From contig NW_008246099.1 of NCBI RefSeq assembly GCF_000281045.1, positions 368,372-432,371 on the forward strand: a stretch of DNA of 64,000 bases, in the 5' to 3' direction. The notes below the pieces were generated by a model. It had not been told where the DNA came from, did not search any database, and saw nothing but the letters and a program-made list of their open reading frames with translations. The translations under genes were made by a program, and so were the position numbers. This DNA comes from Saprolegnia diclina VS20 (taxonomy: Eukaryota). This document shows, one piece after another, positions 49,697 through 63,042 of this stretch (position 1 is its first letter; each line of letters starts with the position of its first letter).

Positions 49697-50986
49697 CTAA
49701 TCGGTTTTATCTTTGCGCGTGATGTTGAAGGCATCGCAAACGTTGTGCAGTACGCCGCCGTCGTACGGGTTGCGGTCAATGTCGTCGGCTGTGAGGAGCA
49801 ACGACGTCTCAGCGCTGCTCGCGTCGACGAGCCCGACGCCGCCCCACGACATGTCAAAAGCCACGGGACGCGTCGGCGCCGGCACGTCGTCCGCGTGGTC
49901 TTTGTGAAGGCGCTGGCGCTTGAAGTGCTCGTTGGCGGTGCAGTTGCGGTACACGCGGCCCATTTGGCACCCGAGGAGGAGGCTCACGAGGAACCAAACC
50001 GCGAGCGCGAGCGACGCAACGAACGCGACACGCGCGTTCTCTGGCGACTACAGTACCAAGCGCATGGAACGTCGTAGTGCATAGTCGACGGCCGTACCAA
50101 GATGATGTCGGTGAGCACTTGCGTCAGGAGCGCGACGGACGCGTTGCGCGCGTCTGCGAGCGAGTGCGTCATCTAACTCTGCGCATGAGGCCATGGTGCG
50201 TGCGCGTCGGAGCACCTTGTCGATGAAGACGCTGCAGAGGAGGTACACGAGGTGGCTACTTCCGCAGACATTGACCTAATACGTGCACGTTGAAGAGCCA
50301 GTCTTGGTGGTGCGTCGTACGACGAGGAAGAAGAAGAACGCGTTGTAGTTGTGCTGGGCGATGCATGTGTTGACCCAGACTAGGAGAATCAGTGTGGCGA
50401 AGGTGCCATAGGTATGCTCGGTGTCTACTGCAGCTACAGCATGTAAATACATCCGCACACAGTCAGGTGCCTACTGGTGATCGAAGCGGGCGACGCAGTG
50501 GTTGCACACGCGGCAGTGCTTGGAACGCGGGATCCTACGGCGTTCTGAACTTGTAGCTTCCGTGCAGAAGTAGGACGTACTTGAGGGTCTTGCAGGTTCG
50601 GCAGACGCGGCCACGGGGGTAGAGCGCATCGTGGTCCGGGTAGTGCTGCTGCGTTGAAAGGTTGCGATGGGTGATGACACCGGGGTCCACGAACGAGACG
50701 CGGACAAAGAGGCCCAAGCATGCAAACGCGAAGAAGATCGCAATGACCCTAATGGTCTTTCGTCAAGCGCAACAACATGCGACGCCGACGCACCGGTCCA
50801 GGAGGTCGAGCGTGTGCCAAGCCTCCGTGACGAGCACGCCGTAGCAGAGCGAGAGGAGCGAGAGGTAGAAGAGCTACGTTCATTGAGTGGCGCCCAAGTC
50901 AACGGCCGCGTTACCTGGAAGATGCAGTTGCGCTCCTCGAAGAACCAGGCCCAGACCCGCTTCACGGCGCGGACGACGACCATCAT
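49697..50986 (-). CDS. DHHC protein S-acyltransferase (SWF1/ZDHHC4-like)
   Basis: DPGVIT, CRTCKTLK.PRSKHCRVCNHCVARFDHHCIWVNTCIAQHNY (with the micro-exon), TANEHFK and NPYDGG. Confidence 0.88.
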
Positions 50987-51451
50987 ATTGCAAGTTGCAC
51001 ACTGCGACACGCGCCTTCCTGTCACGAAATCGTGTGAAACACTATTTGATAGAATCGAAATAGTGAGAAATTGGGAGCGATCTTGAACGCCAAACGAGAA
51101 GGCAGCGACGGGAGGCGCATCCACGTTTGCTTGATCCGATATGCATGCAAAATTTGGCTTCTAAGTGCGACGCAGATCGCGTGCGCGGCCTTGGGTAGCC
51201 GGAACGCAGCGCTTGTCATCATACACTATTTGCGCTGATCGGGACGGATCATATCCCTCGTTAGAGACACACTGCGATAGAAGAACTTTGCCACGTGAGG
51301 GGTTCATAAAAGCCGACCTGCGAGACTCGATGTATCCAAGCTATTGAATCGCAAAGGGTATCTTAGCCCAAAGCTGGATTTGAGACTTCAGGTACGAGCA
51401 TGGAGGAGCTGCCGGCAGCGGGATGCTCATCCTGCGGGCGTAGGAACCAAG

Positions 51452-52300
51452 ATGGCCGACTCTGCCTACTCGTTCAGCTTGACGACCTTCAACCCGTCGG
51501 GGAAGCTGCTGCAGATTGAGTACGCGCTCAACGCTGTCAACAACAACGGCCGCACGTCGCTCGGCATCCGCAGCAAGAATGGCGTCGTCATCGCGACCGA
51601 GAAGAAGCTGCCGACCGTGCTCGTCGACGAAGAGGCCTACAAAAAGATCGAGAAGCTCTCGTCGAGCGCTGGCGTCGTCTACAGTGGCCTCGGCCCCGAC
51701 TACCGCGTGCTCGTGCGCAAGGCCCGCAAGAAGGCGCAAGCGTACTACATGAAATACAAGGTTCGCCGCAAGTGGCTGCTTGTGGCCTCACGCCCATGCG
51801 TAGGAGAATGCCCCCGCGTCCATCTTGGTGCGCGAGATCGCGGCTGTGATGCAGGAATTCACGCAGTCGGGCGGTGTCCGCCCGTTCGGCGTCTCGCTCT
51901 TGTACGCAGGTTACGACGACGATGGGCCGCAGTTGTATCAGATCGACCCGTCGGGCTCGTACTTTGGCTGGAAAGCCACGGCCATTGGCAAGGACTCGGT
52001 CAGCGCCAAGAGCTTCCTCGAAAAGGTACATGGCGACCAACATCGGTTGGCCTCTGATGACCAAACGGTAGCGGTACAACGATGGCATGGAGTTGGAAGA
52101 CGCGATCAACACGGCGCTCAAGACGATGCGCGAAGGCTTTGAAGGCGAGGTAATCTCGCAATCATGCGCAGGACGACCTTTACCGAATCTGCATGTAGAT
52201 GAACGAGACCAACATCGAGGTTGGCATCATCGGCGAAGACAAGATCTTCCGTGTCTTGAGCCCGAACGAAGTCAAGGACTACCTCGCCGAAGCCGAGTAA
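51452..52300 (+). CDS. PSMA2: 20S proteasome subunit alpha type-2
   Basis: [62 protein letters not shown]. Three introns. Confidence 0.95.
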
Positions 52301-52377
52301 ATACGCAGGACACCTCTGTCCTGCATGCATGTGTGCGACGAGCGAAGTAATGGACTCTCCTTAACACGAGCGCTGGA

Positions 52378-55300
52378 TTAACTCGGGCCTTGGTGTTGCT
52401 TCTTGGTCGCGTCTGAGAAGAGCGTTGCAGTCACTACCTTGGCCACTCGCGACGTGCGGTCCTCGTTGGGGGCTAGATGCTGGGACTTGCGGCGCTGCGG
52501 CAGGATCGCGTCGAGGTCAAAGGAGTCGGTACTATCACGCCGCGCGCTGCTCTTGCGACGGAGCGGGTCGGGGGCCTTGACCGGCACAATGACGTCGTCG
52601 GCGCAAATGCGGTCGTCGCTGGACGCCATCGGCGCCCTCTGCCTCTTGAGCTTATTGACCCACTTGCGAATGTGGCACTGCACGTAGACGGTGCTAAACT
52701 GCTTCTGCGCTTGGACCGCGGTCTGCAAGCTTGCGACGGACGACCGGAACGTATCCCACGCTGCCTTGGCGCTGAGACCCTCGGCGCCGGACGTCAAGAG
52801 CGCGACCGAGTCCTCGACCGCAAGCTTCTGACGCCGCAGGATCTCCTTGGTGCGGCCGTTCTGATGCACGCTCTCGAGCTGCTTGTCGATGGCGGGGCGA
52901 ATGTGCGTCCAGCACGCAACGAGCTGCTTGAGCTCGTCTTCAAACGAGAGGACGCTGGAATTTCCGAGGGTGCTCCGCAGAGCTAGAGGCTTGTCATGAA
53001 GCATGGCAAAGGGGAGGAAGTGGGATACCAATGCGCTCGGCGTCGGTTAGGGGTATCGACGCGTGGTTGATCGAGAGGCGGAGGTCGTACTGCTGTGTGA
53101 GCCGAAGAAGGGTCTTGAGGTCGATCATGTCTTCGCCCATGTCGTAAAAGATGAGGCGGCAGTCGCGCGGCGCGACGCTGCCGTGGGTCACGTGCAGCAC
53201 GATCTTGACAAACTCTTCGATGCCGATAAAGTCGCTTGCGCCGCGAAACTTGTTGAAGGCCGCGATGTATTGCTCGTCGATCTGCGCCTCGAGCGTTTGC
53301 CACTCGGCGACGAAGAGCGCCATTGCTTCGTCGAGGTCCACATAGCCACCCTTGCTGCGCCTACGCGCCAGGTGGCGTGCGTTCACATAATGCTCTGCAG
53401 AGACATATAAAAACACGCAACTTGAAGTTACCCGCTTGGATCTTGCACGGGTACACGGCGAAGTTGCTGCACACGGTCGTTGAAAGCGCCAATGTCCTGT
53501 GCTGCAAAGCAATTGGCGAAAACGTTGGCGGCGGCCGCGAGCACGACGTCTGTGCTCACGATACACGCGCCGTCGACAGTCTGGTGCAACTTTTGGTCGG
53601 GTCGAAAGATCTCGTGCCACTACTTAGACCACATCGCAAGCTTGCGACCGCAAGTACCTTCATAACGCCAAACACAATGTGACCAAGCGACTTTAGGTAG
53701 CTCTTGAGCATGCCGCGGCCCAATGGCCGCTGAATACCGCACGCCGCTGCGAAGAAGGCGACGCGTCGGTCACTGTGAAACATCTCACAGCCGCGAAAGA
53801 TCTGCTGCAGCTGCGACCCGACAAGACTAGAAGCCTTCGAGCATCCAGTAAGCAATAGAACGAAATACCTGCGATTTTGGACCTTGGCCATGAGGTAGTC
53901 ACATACATAGGCTGCGAGATCGCTGGCGGCATCCTCGCCGTCCAGCTCGAGCTCGTCAACTTTGAGCTTCTCGATAAAGATGTCGAGTACGTTCTTCTTC
54001 ATTTCCCGCAGAGAGAGCTCGGGCCCGCGCGGCTTCATCATGCTATTGAACTCGCCAACGACAAAAGTCTTCCAAAGCCACGGCATATGGTACACGCTCG
54101 CTTTGGTCGCGACCTTGGACGTCGGGGCGCGGGGTGCGCTCTTCGGTGCGACCGCTTGCTGCCACCGACTTCGTCCGAGACGAAAGAGGTTGAGCGCGCG
54201 GGCGACGTGAACCGTGGCTCCGATGTTGACGGGCGTCGATGGTTTTGGTTCGGTCTCGGACGCGATAATCGGCGGACTGATGGATGGAGCGGGCGCCCCG
54301 CGTGGAAGATCGTTGTCGTCAGGTGTGACCCAGCGTCCGTCGCTGCCTGTGAGAACCTTGTTGAAAGCCTCCAAAAAGCGAGCACCTGCGGGCAAGTGCT
54401 GCGTCTACAGAGCTTGACTTAGCAACGAGAAACGATGGGAAGGAGATGCTCTTGCCTTTCGTACGATGGCATCGCGGAGCAAAAACTCATTGTCCGTGAC
54501 AGCTTGAACGAAAAACGGCGCCCATGTCATGACGTCGGACGTCACCAGTGTCATGAGCGCTGGCTTGCTCAGCATCGCAAGGGCTGTCGTGAGCTCCTTC
54601 GATTCGGTCACGAGCGTCTTGAGGTGCTCGTCGCTTAAAAGAATTGCGTAGAGGCACTGCGTGACGCCGGCCACGTCACGCTTCAACGCCGCGTCGAGGC
54701 CTCGGATCTGGGCGCCGTCGCGGAGCAGTCGAAAGGTGGGAAGATCGTGCAAATCCAAGAGGAGGTTTTTGAGTCGGTGTTGCTGGAGCGTGTTGGGGCG
54801 CGCTTTCGCCGTCTCGTTCTCCATCTCAACAAAGAGCTGTCGCGTGAGGTCGCCATTGAGAAGCATAACTTTGGCGGCGTCGGCCACGTGGTGGTTGAGC
54901 CAATGGTACGCTGCCTCCAGTGGAGACAGCGTGACATCGTCGACGTTGGACGTGGTTTCGGTCGACCACAGTAAGGTGAGACCTATAGGACGTTAGAAAT
55001 GTAAATCTCAACCGCGAGCGCACCGGTGGCGTTGGCTTTGACCGTGGCGTGCCACGCGTCGAGTGCGTCGGGGCTCGTCTCGAGGCGCAAAAAATGCTGG
55101 ACTACGCGAGGGCAGTGCACCATGCAGTACTTAAGGATGCCTTGCTGAAGCGTTAACGTATCAATGAGCAGGTCCGGGATCTGCTTGAGGACGCTACCAA
55201 GCGCGCTGGGCGTCGCCTTGAGCAGCTGCACGACCGTTGGCACAGTGTTGGCGGTCGCAGACTCCTTGGCCTTTTCGTCGACGTCGCCGATTTCTTTTTC

Positions 55301-56542
55301 AAAGTGCCGCTCCAAGACGCCGCCGAGATCTTGGATTGCAGCTTGCTGGCTGCGAAACTCACCAGACTTGAGCTGCGTAAAGATGTCCAAGAGGTCGTCG
55401 CCGACGTCGTCAACAAACTCCTTGAGAGCGGTCGACTCTGGCACATCGCTGCACCGGTTCTGGTTGCCAGTTATGCTGCGGCTGCTGCTGCTAAAGCCAG
55501 AACTATCCACCGAGCTCTTGATCGTGGGAAGCATCGCGAGAAGCGCCTCTGGGCTCAAAACACTTGGTGGATGAGGAAGAATCGACTTGCGCCGCACCGA
55601 GAGTCGCGTTGCCGCCTTGCTGGGCGCTGCAAGAATCGAAGGTCGACGGGGACTAAGCGTCCGTGACGCCGTCATTTCTGCGGACCGAACCAGCGAGCTT
55701 TGACGAGCGAGGGTCGGGGGGAGCTTTGTCACTGGAGCCGGGACCTCGATGCGAGACGCCTCGGTGACGCGCAGGTCGAGTGCGCTTGCTAAGTTATTGA
55801 GAAGCGGGCGTTTCTCGTCGTCGTCAAAGCAGTGAAAGCACTTGGCGTACGTTGCCGCATGGACAGCTGCGGTCGTCGGGAGGCGTAGCGTCGTCGCGAC
55901 GGGCGCTTCAAGATACAAGCCCCACAAGTCGACGACCACGTCCGGCGTCAGCACGGGTTTGACGAGGTCGCGCACAACGTCTTTCTGGCAGGAAGACTCG
56001 AGCTGGCTAAAGTGCTGCAACAGACGAGGGCTGAGCTGCGAAGGCTACGAGGGGTGTATTGAAGAACCTGGTAGATCACTTTGACGTGGTGTTCGTTCTG
56101 GCTCGTGCGCTCTTCGTGGGACGTGCGCACTAGTAGGGTTTGAGCTCAGAGATGCGTCGCTTGACGGACGGTGTGCGTACCGCAGGTGCCAGAGTACGGC
56201 GTGTTGTCGTAAAATGGTTTTTTGGCGTCGTACAAGCGGTAGACCGAGTTGAGGAGACCGCCGAGCACGAGGTCGCAGATGGTCGACGCGGGCGCGAAGT
56301 ACACGCTCAGAATCTACTCGCAAGAATGATGGACCGCTACGAGCTGCAGCGATACCTCTTGAAGCAGCTCAAAGTATATGGCCGTGCACACTGCGTTGGG
56401 CGCTTCGCGGTACGGCACGGTGCCATTGGGCTGCGACTGCTGCAACAACGCTTGCCACAACTTGGCTGTCGTCGTCGGTCTAAGTGTGTTTCGCTTTGCG
56501 CTCTCTCGGCAATCTCAAATCGTACCGATCGAGGACCTCCAT
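52378..56542 (-). CDS. Large hypothetical protein with EF-hand-like C-terminal region
   Basis: Successive ORFs (54983-56020, 54405-54887, 53556-54395, 52994-53620, 52378-53031) can be joined by short GT-AG introns. AAFNKF..FIGIEEFVKIV is EF-like. The start and single-gene status are uncertain. Confidence 0.5.
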
Positions 56543-56720
56543 ACGCCCAGCCCAGCGCTCGAGGATGGTCGCGGCAAGCGCATCGAGCGCCGGCGGCTTG
56601 CGTGGCGTTCGGGGCGGTTCGATAAAGTTGTAGCTGGGCGTGTGGCCCGCCCGCCACTGCATCACGCAAATACAAAAAGGCAGTCCAAAATCCGTTTCAT
56701 TGGTTACGCAGAGACGATGA

Positions 56721-57887
56721 TTACATGGTCGTGTTGTAGTACCGGTCGCCGTAGTCGCCGAGGCCCGGCACAATGTACTTGGACTCGTTGAGCTCCGGGT
56801 CGATCGCCGACGTGACGACGTGGATCTGCGGGTACGCTTCGAAGATCGCGTCGAGGCCCTCGGGGCACGCAAGCACGTTGGCGAACACAATGTCCCGCTC
56901 CTGCACGCCCGAGTCAATGAGCAGCTACGAACAGTTGCATGAGCCAGCATCCTCTTTCTTCCACGTACCTGGATGGCCTTCTTAGCGCTACCGCCCGTCG
57001 CGAGCATCGGGTCGAGGAGGAGCACGCGGTCAAATGCATTCATGCGCGGTGGGAGCTTGGCGTAGTAGACGACCGGGTGTTTCTCGGCCGAGGATTCATC
57101 GCGCTGGATAAGGATCTTGCCTACGCCGCAAAAGTTAGATAGAGTGCGGATGGGGAGCGTCATACCGACTGAGACGCTTGGCTCGCAGGCAAGGACCTGC
57201 TCGAGGAGCGCGTCGCCGGCGCGGACGATGGAGACGGCGCAGATGTTGCTGTTAGGCCGCATGCCCGAGAACTCGGCGCCCGTCGGCGTCCAGACGATCG
57301 CAAACTCAAGGGTGCACGCTGCGAGCGCTTCTTCGGCCAGAATCCTACATGAGCACGTGGATAAGATCTAAATGAGGACGGCGATGAGGGTACCGCATGA
57401 GGCGGTCGGCAAACTTCTTGAATTGGAGGTGCGACGAACGCTTGTCGCGGAGCATGACATGGAGCGACTGAACGGCGTTGGTTTGGAGAATGATCAGATT
57501 GCGGTACTTGGTCTCCATCGACGACGTGGCCGTGCACGGCTTCTTGGCCGGGTGCTTGCCGGCGACGGCGTGGGCCTTGGTGCTCTTGGGCGTGGACTTT
57601 TCGTCCTTGACGCTTGTGGGGCGGACTTCTTCCGGCGCTTGCTGGCAGCGCTTCAGGTGGCTCTCGAGAGAGATGGCGCGGCCCGAGACTTCCATTTCGC
57701 AAAACTTGCACTTGAGGAGGGCGGTCGATGCGTTCTTTTGGCGACCCGTGTTCTCAAAGTGGATGCGGATCGGGGCGGGTGGGCGGCCTGTCTTGGAGCG
57801 CTCGGGACCGACGTCGAGGAGGGCTTTCGTTGGCTCTGGCACGTAGCCGGCTTCGTCCAAGTTGGCAGCTGGGCGTTTGGTAGTCAT
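56721..57887 (-). CDS. UPRT: Uracil phosphoribosyltransferase with N-terminal BED-type zinc finger
   Basis: FKKFADRLMR, VSIVRAG, GKILIQRDE, LLLDPMLATGGS, YIVPGLGDYGDRY. N-terminal HF..KCKFC..LESHLKRC. Confidence 0.9.
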
Positions 57888-58077
57888 GGCTTGCTTTTAG
57901 CGACTAAAAACGCTGGCCAAACGGTGGGTGGGCCTTTAACGGCTTTCTCTCGACCAATCACGGCGCCGGGTACTCGAATTACTCAAAAGACGACGTTTTG
58001 AGCCACCTTTTACGTAAAAAACGCCGTTGAGAGCGCTTTTGGGTTGAGATTAACACACGGTTTTCGTGCGTATCTTT

Positions 58078-61000
58078 TCAACGCTTGGATGGGGCGCCAT
58101 AGAGCAGACCCAAGTACGACGCCAGCGTCGACGCAAAGGCGTCACTTCTCACCTTGCGCGCCGACAAGCCGTGGGCGGCCACTCCTCGCGCTCGCGCGTC
58201 CTCCGCTGCTGGACCAGCCAGCGGCACCGACTCGTGTCTCAGTGGGCTTGGGAGGAATGGAACGCCGGATGGCGCCACTCGGGGTGTCTCCGGTGCGAGC
58301 CCTGTGTGGTGGGTGCGACTAATTTCTGCTGAAAGTCCCACGGGACTTGGCCCGGGCGCAACGGCGGCGCGGTGCACCAATGCAGCGACGCTGTCGATCG
58401 CCGTGCCTCGCCGCCGTTGCTCTTCGGCGGGGTAGAGTATGCTGGTGATGTCGCTGCGCGCCGGTGCTGAGAAGGTGAACGGTGCCACGGTACTTGTACT
58501 ACCATCAACAACCCCATGGCTCAAGTCGGTGGACTGGAGTCGCCGGCGGAGGCGACTCTTGGGTGCGTTCCTGGGGGTGCCACGGTCGTGGAACTGCTGC
58601 TTGAAGATGCTGGGCAGAACGGATGCGCCCTCGGACAGTACTGGTGTTGACGATGCGTCGTTGGGTGATGCTGGCGCCACGCATGGCTCCAAGGGACTTG
58701 GGTCGCTGGAGGAGGCCGGCGCTCGATCGCTTGCGCCAATGTCACCGATGGGCGCTCGGATTGCGCTGGGCGTGTAGCTCGTGGCTTGGGCATCGTCGTA
58801 GCGAGGCGGCGTCGATGCTACATGTATACAGTGAATCGATATGATGCCGCGTTGAATGAGCAGGTGACGGACGTGGTAGAAAGCACCTTCGCTCCGTCGG
58901 CGGTTTGGATCTTCTTGGCGTCGCTGACCGCCACGACTTGCCGCCGACCGAGTTGGTCCACTTTGGCAGCACGACGCTCTCGGGCGGGGACGCGGCGGAA
59001 AACACAAGCCGGCGCACTTCGGTCACTGCGCGAATGCTCGGCATTACGCCCTTTCGTAGCATATTACTGGTGTCGTTCGCTGCTGTTGCTTGAAGATTTC
59101 GGTTGCCATCGACGTCGTCGGGCCGCCCTTCCTCGCTGCTATCAACGGCTTTCAGCAGTGATATCTTGGCGGCGCGATGACTCGGATCAGCACTTTCATC
59201 GCTCACAAAGAGGGCTTGTGCGCGTTGTAGCTCAACCTCGGAGCTTTGCATTTGCCTGGCCTTGTCATCGATCGGCATATATTCCATCTCGCTCAGACTG
59301 GCGTCGTTCGTGGCTTGGTTAGAGGCGCCATCGCGTTGGAGCTGCCAATTCGCTTGATGGTCGGAGAGCCCATCATCGCGTTGGAGCTTTAAAGTAGGCA
59401 CGTCAAGAGGCTCATGCGAGTCCGTTGCCATTTCTGGGGCATTGGAAGCTGTGGCTACACCGTCATACCGGTACTGTAGCTCTTGATCTCCTGCAGCATC
59501 GTCGACGCCTCGCAGTAGCTCGTACATCGGCTTCAGAGGCTCTTCGGCAACCGCGACCACGACGGGATCACCAAACGGGGACCACTTTTTCGCGACTGGC
59601 GGCGCGCATGTTGCATTCGGGAGACGCAAGCTACCGCCACCAGCTGTATACAATGGCCGGAACGATGGCACAGGCGGCCGTCCTGCACTTGTTCCTTGTC
59701 GACGAATGTCCCCCTTGGGAGACGTTGTGGTCGGCAGTGTATCTTCGCTTGCAGATTGCGAACGTGCTTCTGCGGCTTCTTCTATCGCTCGTTGAGTCTC
59801 TGTTTGGATCTCTTGTCGAGCTGCTCCTCCACGAGTTGCTGTTAGTGGCGGCTGGCTCGGTGTTGACTGACTCGGTAGGGTCCTTGCGTTCCCAACTTTG
59901 GGGGGTCTCTGGTCGCCAACTGGACGGTTCTCAGCCTGCTTCGGCATCGCTACGTTGGTGGTTTCGGACGACCACGCCGTGATACCTTCGTCTTCCTCGG
60001 AATCTAACGCTGACCGAGCCTCCAAGTCTCCTTCGGCACATTCCCATGGGTCTTGCTTCGAGCTTCGCGATTTTCGACGCGACAGAGGACCTTGCACTTG
60101 CTTGGAAGCTGCTTGCACGAGGCGAGCGGTGACGGACATCCTTCGCGCGGGCTTTTGTCGCGCATCGGCCACCTTCTCCTCGTTGCCGCTCTCGTCTTCA
60201 ATCGGTTCTTCGCGCACGACGCCCATGCCACGACGCACCTCAGTCGGTGCGTTGATGAGCGAGCCTTGCAATCGCGTCGACACTCGCTGAGTCGGCGTCG
60301 GCGTGATTGACGAGCGACGCGTGCGGCTTTTTTCGTTGGCGCCGCCGTTCTTGGCCCGGCCAGCCGGCTCGGTGCTTGGCGCGTGCATTTTGTCGACAAT
60401 CGAGCGCAGCCGCGTCTTGTGTTTTTTTGGTCCCGTGCTTCGGCCCCGTGCGAGCGCACTCGTGTCACTGCTCGTGCTTGACGCCGTTTCGTTGACGAGC
60501 AATGTCCGACCGGCTGACTCAATGGAACTTGCACTGCTAGTTGAAGGTTCGTCGCGCGACTTGGGCGGCGGTGTCGGCTTAGACGGCAGCGCGGGTCGCG
60601 ACGGTCGCTTCTCGAGCGCTTGGGCGACTTGTAGCTGCCGAATGAGGCGCATAATGCGGCTTTGTCCGAGTTTGTACGAGCGCCACTTGTTCTGGATGCG
60701 GACCGCGCAACGCGCTTCAAAGAGCCGGCGCTTGCGGATCGCGATTTCAACGTGTCGAATGGCATCGTCGACCTTGAACGTAGCAACATGGCGACACAGT
60801 CGCTGGAGCCCATCCAGCCGCATGCCTTGGTGGCGCTACACGATCGAATGGTTCTTGTTCAAAGCTCAAGAGGACAGCTGGATGCACCTGCGGTGCTCGG
60901 GGCCGCGTCCGACCTCGCATCTGGAGAAGGCTTCGGCGGTTGTCAATGTGCTTGTAGAAGCTGTTGCCAAAGTGTCGAAACTCTTCCATGCGACTCACGA

Positions 61001-61896
61001 CGTGGTGCTTGGTCGTGAGCCAGTGGAGAATGTTCCGCCGAATGACGCGTGCGGCGGCTCGGCGCCGCACAACACGTCGCTAGGAGGTCTGAGCCAAAGA
61101 GAGCAACACTCGGTGAGCTACCTTGCGGTGAGTCTCCGCGGCTGCATCGAGCTCGATCGCATCGCAACAAAGCGTCGCGTAGGACTGCATCGTCTCGTCG
61201 TCGTCACTGTCATCGCTGAAGGCGTCGTTCTCAAACATACCGAGACTGTCCCAGTCGTCAATGATGGCCTTGGCGTCGTGGCCGATGGCAGCAAAGCACG
61301 CGTACGACTGGTGGAGCCAGTAAAGCTTGTCCACCATGCGTCCAAGCGGGTCGTTGCGCGGGTCGGCTTGCGGACGAAAGTAGTGCAAGATGAACTCAAT
61401 GTCCTCGATCCACTGCAAAACGTATCTACGCAACAAGGCGATCGCGCGGCCATTGGTTGTAGAAACGAGAAACTCACTCTCGGTCTTCCTCGCCAAAGTG
61501 GAATGGGAGCGTGTCCGAGTCGAGCTTGATCTGGACGCGGTCGAGGATGTCCTGGATCCGGTCGCGCTGCGAGAGCACGCACGCATGATGCTTGCGCTGC
61601 ATCGACGGCTTCTCGCTGCGCCGGAAGTTGCGCACCATGAGCTTGGCCTCAATGCGCATCGGGTGCGTCTCCTTGGCGCGCATCAGCTCTTGCCGGATCA
61701 TCGCTGCCTACGCAACATCCTCCTTGTGTCATAGCCGCTCGCAACTTGCATTTTGTACCCGCGCATGGCCCGAGAGCCCCGTGAGGTCCACCGACATGCT
61801 GAGGCGCGTGAGAAAGCATTAGTTCGGAAGGTGCTGTGCGTACCGCAGCGACTTGGCCATCCGCAAGCGCTGTGGGCGCGCCACGTCGTCCCCCAT
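58078..61896 (-). CDS. Large hypothetical protein with IQ-like motifs and a long low-complexity region
   Basis: 693-aa ORF 58742-60823 (CAVRIQNKWRSYK), plus upstream exons (AAARVIRRNILHW) and the downstream ORF to 58078, linked by GT-AG introns. Confidence 0.55.
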
Positions 61897-61982
61897 GCGC
61901 GTCGCTAAAAAGGACAACGCGAGGGAGTTACGACGCAACGAGGCGTTATTCTTCGAGCCTAAATTGGATCCACCGTGCCAGC

Positions 61983-63009
61983 ATGGAGCGGTGGCGCGTC
62001 GAGCCGCCCAAGCCGGCGGCGCCGTGGAAGCGGAAGGATCGCGTAGCGCCGGTTGCAGACACTGACGCGACGCTGCACGATGTCCTGGCGCACTACGCAG
62101 CTCGCTTGCCGCACGACGCCAGGTCCCTCGTCGTTTCTGGACGGCAATGTACAAACTCGGTGTGGTAGGTCCTCCGAAAGCCGCGTCGATTCGCTCTGCA
62201 CGCAGTTTGTACAGCCACAAAACGGTGGACTCCCACCGCAGCTCAGCACGGCGCTCGCATTGGAGTTGGCCACGACGGTCTGCGCACGAGGTAGCGACTC
62301 GGTGTCTCATGGGCGTGCGTAGATGTTGCGAAGAGCGCTTCCCGCGTCCTCGCCACTCGCCGATGTCGTGACACAGACACTGCTCCACGCCGTGTACAAA
62401 GACTACGACCCGCAGAAAGACCTGCTCGACAACTGTCGGTTCGCCGATGCGGACCTGCCCGCGCTAGATGAGGACGCGGCGCCCGAAGTCGACGACGACG
62501 CCAATGCATGTACAAAGCCAACGTCGGCGGTCGACTACGGCGCGCTCGCCAAGCTCTGGAACGACCTCGTGGCAGGCGATCGCGGTGGTGACGCTGGCGT
62601 CGCATGTCTCGTAAGCTGTATTCAAACGCTACCCGACGCTCACCAGCGCAACATCGTCGAGCGCGTCGCTGCCGAGCTGCGCCCCGTCGCCCCCGACCCG
62701 TGTGTCGAGCGGGACGAGACGACGCTGAGGATACGAGCCGACCAAGAAAACGGTGATGACGACGGCGACGAGGAAGACGACGAAGTGTTCTTTGAGCAGT
62801 TGGTACACGACCTGCGCGAGATCTACAACCTCTTGGACGCCTACGACCCCCGTGCCCAGCGCAGTGCGCGCTACAAGCTCCACGTACTTTTATCGGGTAC
62901 GCTTGGCCTTCCGCCCGACGAGCGCGGCCAACCAGACGCGCGGGAACGCATGGCGCAGATCGTCGGCGACCTCGACGCGGAGACGCGTGCGCGCTTGCTC
63001 TTATTGTAA
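61983..63009 (+). CDS. Hypothetical protein
   Basis: ATG at 61983, two short introns, then ORF 62323-63009 with an acidic stretch. Confidence 0.5.
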
Positions 63010-63042
63010 TAGCTCCTATTTATTATTACGACGCCAATTCCA

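Noticed and set aside
54405..54462. Apparent GC-AG intron (aag|gcaag)
   Set aside because: A canonical GT donor (atc|gtacga) 9 nt upstream gives the same phase.
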